The notes under the pieces: model-generated
Databases searched by the model: none
What the model was told of the DNA's origin: nothing
Seen by the model: the letters and a program-made list of their open reading frames with translations, nothing else
Part shown: positions 58,475 through 64,000 of the stretch, in pieces
Position numbering within the stretch: position 1 is the stretch's first letter
Layout of the letters: every line of letters starts with the position of its first letter
Made by a program: the position numbers and the translations under genes
Source: Cyanobacteria bacterium P01_D01_bin.156
GTDB lineage: Bacteria; Cyanobacteriota; Cyanobacteriia; Phormidesmidales; Phormidesmidaceae
Assembly (NCBI GenBank): GCA_039024555.1
Contig: JBCCQQ010000002.1
Span: forward strand, 64,001-128,000
Length of the DNA: 64,000 nucleotides
Direction of reading: 5' to 3'

Positions 58475-59389
58475 CTACGCTGTGACCTGCGCGGCGTCTA
58501 ATGCACTGCTTACAGCGTCAATTTGTTCTAGATTCGATACATTATTCAACGCCAAGCTACGGCAAGTGCGTTTAATCAACCCTGTGAGCACTTTACCAGG
58601 CCCTACTTCCACCACGGAGTTTACCCCTTGCTCTGGCAAACTTAGAGAAATTTCTCGCCAGCGCACGGTGCCTGTCATTTGTTTCATCAGTCGTTGCTTG
58701 AGAATCTCTCCATCAACACTGGGAACAGGATCGACATTAGAGAGGACAGGTATAGAGGCCGACTTAAAGGGCACACCTGATAAAATCTGATCAAATTCAT
58801 TGGCCGCTGGAGACATGAGAGGTGAGTGAAAGGCACCACTGACATTAAGTTTGACGGCTCGCTTTGTTTTGACTGCAGCCATCACAGCCTCCACAGCGTC
58901 TGGCGAGCCAGAAATAACAACCTGTCCAGGGTTATTGTCATTGGCCAAAACCACTCCTTCGGTAGCAGCCAATGTGGCATCCAACTGATCGCGATCAAAC
59001 CCCATTAGGGCTGCCATAGCACCATCTTCTGACTGAGACATGAGCTCGGCACGGCGTTTGACAAGTCTCAATCCCGCAGCAAAATCAAAAACATCTGCCA
59101 CATAAAGAGCGGAATACTCTCCTAAGCTGTGTCCTGCCAACATATCTGGCTGCAGTCCCTTAGCTTTTAGTAGATCCGCCAAGGCACATTCAATGACATA
59201 AAGACAAGGCTGGGTGTAAAGAGTATTGCCTAACTGAGCGTCATCACTTTGGCACAGATCTACCACCGACCACCCCAGGATGTCGCCAGCCTGAGCAAAT
59301 TTATCTTTGGCTGCATCTGCTAAATCAGCCCCCATCCCTACAGCTTGGGATCCTTGCCCAGGAAACACCCACACAGTCTTTATTGTCAT
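58475..59389 (-). CDS. fabD: Malonyl-CoA:ACP transacylase
   Basis: VFPGQGSQ, AGHSLGEY, VSGAFHS, EVGPGKVL. Confidence 0.97.
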   Translation of the reverse strand: MTIKTVWVFPGQGSQAVGMGADLADAAKDKFAQAGDILGWSVVDLCQSDDAQLGNTLYTQPCLYVIECALADLLKAKGLQPDMLAGHSLGEYSALYVADVFDFAAGLRLVKRRAELMSQSEDGAMAALMGFDRDQLDATLAATEGVVLANDNNPGQVVISGSPDAVEAVMAAVKTKRAVKLNVSGAFHSPLMSPAANEFDQILSGVPFKSASIPVLSNVDPVPSVDGEILKQRLMKQMTGTVRWREISLSLPEQGVNSVVEVGPGKVLTGLIKRTCRSLALNNVSNLEQIDAVSSALDAAQVTA

Positions 59390-59512
59390 GGTCATTCGTA
59401 ATTCGTCTATCCTTTTTACTGTCTCAGTAAATGCCCCATTCGCAAAGGGCACCCAGGGAACAACAATTCATCCATAGGCTAAAACAGGTTAGTAGTATTG
59501 AAGGCTTTCTGC

Positions 59513-60511
59513 CTACAGGCCCCATTCCAGCAAGGCCGCTCCCCAAGTTAATCCAGCCCCAAAACCAGACATGGCAATTTTATGCCCCGGCTGTACCTTA
59601 CCGGCGCGCACCCATTCGTCTAGAGCAATGGGAATAGAGGCCGCTGAGGTATTGCCATGTTTAGCCATATTACTGACTACTCGGTCGCTGGGCAGCTTAA
59701 GTCGTTTAGCGACAGCATCCAGAATACGCTGATTCGCTTGGTGCAAAATCAGCCAATCGATGTCACTTGCAGCTAATCCAGCATGGAAAAGAGTTTTTTC
59801 AAGCACCTCTGGCACTCGCCCCACCGCAAATCGATACACGTCACGACCATTCATGGTGATAGCTGTAAACTGGCCCTTTTGGGTGGTAATCCCATCTACC
59901 AAATCAGCTGGATTTGCTGTGTAGGCGAGGTTTAGACAGCTATTCATGGTGCCATCGCTGTGCATTTCAAACCCCAACAGCCGATCGCGATCGCATGCCT
60001 GCATAACCACGGCCCCAGCACCATCACCAAACAGAACACAAGTAGTACGATCTTGCCAATCCACCCAACGACTCAGCAGATCGGCTCCAATCACCACAAC
60101 ATTTTTATACGTACCAGTCCGGATAAACTGAGCCGCTGTCACAACACCAAAAACAAATCCAGAGCAGGCAGCGGTTAAATCAAATGCAACTGCACGAGTT
60201 GCACCAATAGCCGCTTGCACCTGACAGGCAGTCCCAAATAAATCATCCGGAGTGGATGTGGCCAGCAGAATTAAATCAATCACATCCGGCGTCAGATTTG
60301 CGGCCTTGATTGCCGCTTGCGCGGCCTGTGCAGCCAGCGAAGCCAGAGACTCTGAATCATTTGCAATATGACGTTGCCGAATCCCCGTACGAGTAACAAT
60401 CCACTCATCAGAAGTCTCGACTACGCGACTAAGCATCTCATTGGCCAATGCTGCCTCAACCTGAGCGCTACCGCTACCAACAAAGGCCACACCGGGCCCA
60501 CCATTTGCCAT
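59513..60511 (-). CDS. fabH: Beta-ketoacyl-ACP synthase III
   Basis: TSDEWI..RTGI, AACSGF, HQAN, GNTSAAS. Confidence 0.97.
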   Translation of the reverse strand: MANGGPGVAFVGSGSAQVEAALANEMLSRVVETSDEWIVTRTGIRQRHIANDSESLASLAAQAAQAAIKAANLTPDVIDLILLATSTPDDLFGTACQVQAAIGATRAVAFDLTAACSGFVFGVVTAAQFIRTGTYKNVVVIGADLLSRWVDWQDRTTCVLFGDGAGAVVMQACDRDRLLGFEMHSDGTMNSCLNLAYTANPADLVDGITTQKGQFTAITMNGRDVYRFAVGRVPEVLEKTLFHAGLAASDIDWLILHQANQRILDAVAKRLKLPSDRVVSNMAKHGNTSAASIPIALDEWVRAGKVQPGHKIAMSGFGAGLTWGAALLEWGL

Positions 60512-60517
60512 TACCGT

Positions 60518-61552
60518 TTAATCTCCGTTGGTCACCGACGCAGTCACTTTTTGATACTGCCCCTGGATATGCCCAATTACACCGTTATCAACGGCTTCTT
60601 TAGACAGGCGAATTGCATTAAAAATAGAAGGTGCATTAGAGCTACCGTGACTGATAACAGCCACACCATTTACCCCCAACAACAAAGCACCGCCATGCTC
60701 AGCATGATCGAGACGCTGCTTAATTCGCTTGAGATTTCCCTTAAGCAAGAGCACACCCAGCTTTCCTAAAATACCGCGTGGCAGCTCCTCTTTGAGAATA
60801 TTGACCGCAACCTCGCCAACAGCCTCTGCAAACTTGAGGAGGACATTACCCACAAAGCCATCGCAAACTACCACGTCAAATTGGCCAGAGAGGACGTCGC
60901 GCCCTTCTGCATTGCCAACAAAATTGATCGCTGTGGATGCACTCAATGATTGATGCACCTGAACAGTCAGCTCATTTCCCTTACTAGACTCCTCCCCTAT
61001 GCTGAGCAACCCAACGCGAGGATTTTTTGCTCCAAAGGCATATTCGGAATAGACACTGCCCATGTGGGCAAACTGCTCTAGAAACTTAGGACGGCAGTCT
61101 ACATTCGCCCCGACATCCAAAACCAAGACGGGCTTACCCGCTACTACCGTAGGAAACACAGCGCCGATAGCAGGACGATCAATCCCCTTAATGCGTCCCA
61201 TCCGCAGTAGCGCCGCTGCCATGGCTGCCCCAGAATGTCCTGCCGATACGACGGCATCGGCTCGCCCCTTTTTCACCATGCTCATGGCTACATTAATAGA
61301 CGCCTTGGGTTTTCGCCGTAGAGCGCTCAAGGGTTCTTCGTGCATCTCAACCGTGCCTTCAGCAGGCACAATCTCGATTCGCTTTAAGCTTTCAACATCA
61401 GCTACAGAAGCCCTGATCTGCCCAGGATCACCCACAAGCAAAATCTCAACATCCAGCTCTTCCTTCGCCCTAATGGCTCCAGCAACGATTTCGGCAGGTG
61501 CATAATCGCCCCCCATTGCATCAACTGCGATCCGCGCTTGAGTTAAGCCCAT
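60518..61552 (-). CDS. plsX: Phosphate acyltransferase
   Basis: IAVDAMGGDYAP, LDVGAN, CDGFVGN, GALLLGV...SHGSS. Confidence 0.97.
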   Translation of the reverse strand: MGLTQARIAVDAMGGDYAPAEIVAGAIRAKEELDVEILLVGDPGQIRASVADVESLKRIEIVPAEGTVEMHEEPLSALRRKPKASINVAMSMVKKGRADAVVSAGHSGAAMAAALLRMGRIKGIDRPAIGAVFPTVVAGKPVLVLDVGANVDCRPKFLEQFAHMGSVYSEYAFGAKNPRVGLLSIGEESSKGNELTVQVHQSLSASTAINFVGNAEGRDVLSGQFDVVVCDGFVGNVLLKFAEAVGEVAVNILKEELPRGILGKLGVLLLKGNLKRIKQRLDHAEHGGALLLGVNGVAVISHGSSNAPSIFNAIRLSKEAVDNGVIGHIQGQYQKVTASVTNGD

Positions 61553-61789
61553 CGAATTGAATCTATAGAAACTTTAAGAAATTCTATCAGACTGAAACCG
61601 AGTGAAAATTTACAACTTCGATTTTCTGACAAAAGCTCATTGTCAGCTTCCAAATAGTCCAGCAATTACGCGCTTCTTCAATGTGTGGCTCTATACAAAA
61701 CTAACTGGCTAGAACTAAAGCTCTTTCAAGCAGCTAGCCCCAGAATGCAAATCGCTAAGCGTCAAGTATAAACAAGGGTCGAAACAACT

Positions 61790-62518
61790 TTACTCTTCAC
61801 CTGGTTCAACAATACGCTGAAACAAATAGCCAGTACCCCGCGCGGTCAAAATAAGCTCAGGGTTACTTGGATCATCTTCCAACTTTGCCCGCAGCCTAGA
61901 AATATGCACATCCACAACCCGAGTATCAACATGACGCTCGGGGGTATAGCCCCAAACTTCTTGCAGTATTTCAGAACGAGAAAACGGCTCACCAGAACGA
62001 CTTACCAAAAGCTCTAACAAACTGAACTCCATACCTGTCAAACGAATTCGCTCATCACCTTTGTACACCTGGCGCTTGTTGGTATCTATGCGAATATTAT
62101 TGATGGTAATGACACCAGAGCTAGGAATTCCAGACGTTCCGGTCTTCTCTACACGACGTAATACAGAACGAATACGGGCTTCGAGCTCCTTGGGAGAAAA
62201 TGGCTTAACCACATAGTCATCTGCCCCCAACTCCAAACCCGTAATACGGTCAGCAACATCACCCAAAGCAGTCAGCATGATGATAGGAATATCAGACTCT
62301 TTGCGCAGCTCCTGGCAAACACCATAGCCATCGAGCTTGGGCATCATCACATCTAAGACAACCAAGTCAGGAATTTCGTGACGAAAAGTATCTAAAGCTT
62401 CTTCACCATCCGCCGCAGTAACGACATCATAGCCAATCATCGAAAGGCGAGTTTCTAGAATGCGACGAATACTAGCTTCGTCATCGACGACTAGGATTTT
62501 CTCTTTTACGCTTTCCAA
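61790..62518 (-). CDS. rpaB: OmpR-family response regulator RpaB (Ycf27)
   Basis: KILVVDDEASIRRILETRL, WGYTPERHVDTRVVDVHISRLR, ILTARGTGY; TTG start; conserved synteny. Confidence 0.96.
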   Translation of the reverse strand: MESVKEKILVVDDEASIRRILETRLSMIGYDVVTAADGEEALDTFRHEIPDLVVLDVMMPKLDGYGVCQELRKESDIPIIMLTALGDVADRITGLELGADDYVVKPFSPKELEARIRSVLRRVEKTGTSGIPSSGVITINNIRIDTNKRQVYKGDERIRLTGMEFSLLELLVSRSGEPFSRSEILQEVWGYTPERHVDTRVVDVHISRLRAKLEDDPSNPELILTARGTGYLFQRIVEPGEE

Positions 62519-63174
62519 AGTTTCTTGAACTCCTACATAACGATGACGGCAGAAGATTTCGACCGTTTTGGGGAGAGTACTAAACCCTATTCCCTTAAAA
62601 ACCTAACGATTTCAATACTCTTGAACGTATTAAAACAAACCTTGAACCTGATTAATTCCAGGGCTCGCGCTCAACGTTTTATTAGAAATCTCTTTAAGAT
62701 AGCTAACATTGTATTGCTTTTTCGAAGCTATGATCTTGAATATCCAAGGTTTTCAACGTTTCTTAAGGTTGTTCTCCTGCATTCAAAATTTTTAGAGCAT
62801 CTTATCCGTATTTCGTCTAAGTACAAGATCTGTACAATTTTCTTTAGATTTGTGGCATTAATAGTACTTGTGTACGAACCTAGAGAAATGAATAAACCTG
62901 CTATTACTGGCTTAGGGTTGGTTAAAAATTAGAACCATGGCCTTGTGCATTGAAATCATGGCCTAACAAGCTTTTCAGGCTCAACCCATGCAGGCGTTTC
63001 TGAACAGCTCCTTGAGTCATCCTGCTCCCATTCTTTAAACCACTCGGTAGGCTTAAAAGCGGCAACCATGTCAAGACTGGGTGATGTCCAAAGGATTTAA
63101 CATGGATGCAATCGTTTACCGTTTGGCCTTGCCCATAGTCAGTAACGTCTAGTCCAGACATTGAATTATTAGGT

Positions 63175-64000
63175 ATGGCTAAGTCTCGCTCGATCTATGT
63201 ATGTAATGAATGCGGGGCAGAATCGCGACAATATTTTGGCAAATGCTCTGTTTGCGGTAGCTGGAATTCCTTAGTTGAGCAGGCAGTCGAACCAATAGCT
63301 ACAACCAATCGTCCAGGACGTCGTCCGAGTAAAAATCAACGAGGAGACTCTAAACCCCGTGTAGCAAAAACCTTTAGTCAGATTGCGGATCATCCTCAAG
63401 CTCGCATTGACTCTGGCTATGGTGAACTGGATCGAGTACTGGGTGGGGGTATTGTGCCGGGCTCTCTGGTTTTGGTAGGAGGTGATCCAGGCATTGGCAA
63501 GTCTACTCTTTTGCTACAAACAGCTAACCAGTTGGCCATCCACGCTTCGGTCCTTTATGTCTGTGCAGAAGAATCGGGCCAGCAAGTGAAGCTGAGATCG
63601 CAACGGTTAGGCATCCCTGTCGGCCCAAAAAACACCGAGACGGTGAGCAATACACCTCCTACGGAGAATCTCTACCTCTTACCCGAAACCGACCTTGAAA
63701 CAATTTTGGCCGAACTAGAATCCCTACATCCCCAGGTAGCAGTTATTGACAGTATCCAGGCATTGTTTTATGGCCAGCTAACGTCGGCACCGGGCTCTGT
63801 ATCACAGGTGAGGGAATGTACATCAGCTCTCATGCAGTTAGCCAAACGGGACAATATCACCTTGTTTATTGTGGGCCATGTGACGAAGGAAGGGTCCATT
63901 GCCGGGCCTAAGGTCTTGGAACATTTAGTGGATACGGTTTTGTACTTCGAAGGCGATCGGTTTGCTAGCCATCGACTCCTACGCTCGGTAAAAAACCGGT
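63175..64000 (+). CDS. radA: DNA repair protein RadA/Sms (runs off the right edge)
   Basis: Hand translation MAKSRSIYVCNECG...GKCSVCGSWNS zinc finger, ELDRVLGGG, GGDPGIGKST, IDSIQ, GHVTKEG, KNR. Not in the ORF track. Confidence 0.96.
   Translation, partial: MAKSRSIYVCNECGAESRQYFGKCSVCGSWNSLVEQAVEPIATTNRPGRRPSKNQRGDSKPRVAKTFSQIADHPQARIDSGYGELDRVLGGGIVPGSLVLVGGDPGIGKSTLLLQTANQLAIHASVLYVCAEESGQQVKLRSQRLGIPVGPKNTETVSNTPPTENLYLLPETDLETILAELESLHPQVAVIDSIQALFYGQLTSAPGSVSQVRECTSALMQLAKRDNITLFIVGHVTKEGSIAGPKVLEHLVDTVLYFEGDRFASHRLLRSVKNR

Larger units (their letters stand above)
1408..59995. repeat. Dispersed HIP1 octamer GCGATCGC
   Basis: Roughly two dozen copies seen by eye, e.g. 1408, 2311, 5181, 17629, 24251, 31974. 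Confidence 0.9.

Noticed and set aside
62525..63161. ORFs 62525-62932 and 62922-63161 between rpaB and radA
   Set aside because: AT-rich divergent promoter region with no protein-like motifs; HLR1-like half sites are too degenerate to call.
1..64000. tRNA, rRNA, transposase, integrase, prophage or defence genes
   Set aside because: None recognised by eye; tRNAscan, Rfam and DefenseFinder runs would be needed to exclude them formally.

Overview
Cyanobacterial chromosomal window. Support: frequent HIP1 octamer GCGATCGC, petL, crtR, clpR/clpP3, and the rpaB-plsX-fabH-fabD-plsC block divergent from radA. A filamentous Leptolyngbya-like genus is my inference only. Both flanks are mostly housekeeping genes (rsmI, clp trio, leuC/leuD, pyk, aroH, sppA, cbbY, fatty acid/lipid genes). 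The centre (about 12.1-34.8 kb) is a large ABC-transporter-dependent (Wzm/Wzt) surface polysaccharide/O-antigen locus with a visibly AT-richer core (about 18.4-29.5 kb). The most notable items: (1) a GT4 glycosyltransferase fused to a GH99-like endo-mannosidase domain with intact ExxE motif, in an operon with a deacetylase-like protein, a CapK-like adenylating enzyme and a methyltransferase, which may be an undescribed glycan-tailoring system; (2) a ~400 bp mirror-symmetric hairpin element at 7062-7460; (3) an orphan + strand unit with an NtcA-type promoter and a terminator at 54791-54995 (candidate sRNA/micro-ORF); (4) a second catalytically dead ClpR-like paralog; (5) a homogentisate prenyltransferase-like protein lacking its second Asp-rich motif. 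Three genes absent from the ORF track were read by hand: a PfkB kinase (1-609), petL (34919-35014) and radA (63175 to the end). I saw no tRNA, rRNA, CRISPR array or transposase. All family calls come from motif recognition, not database searches.
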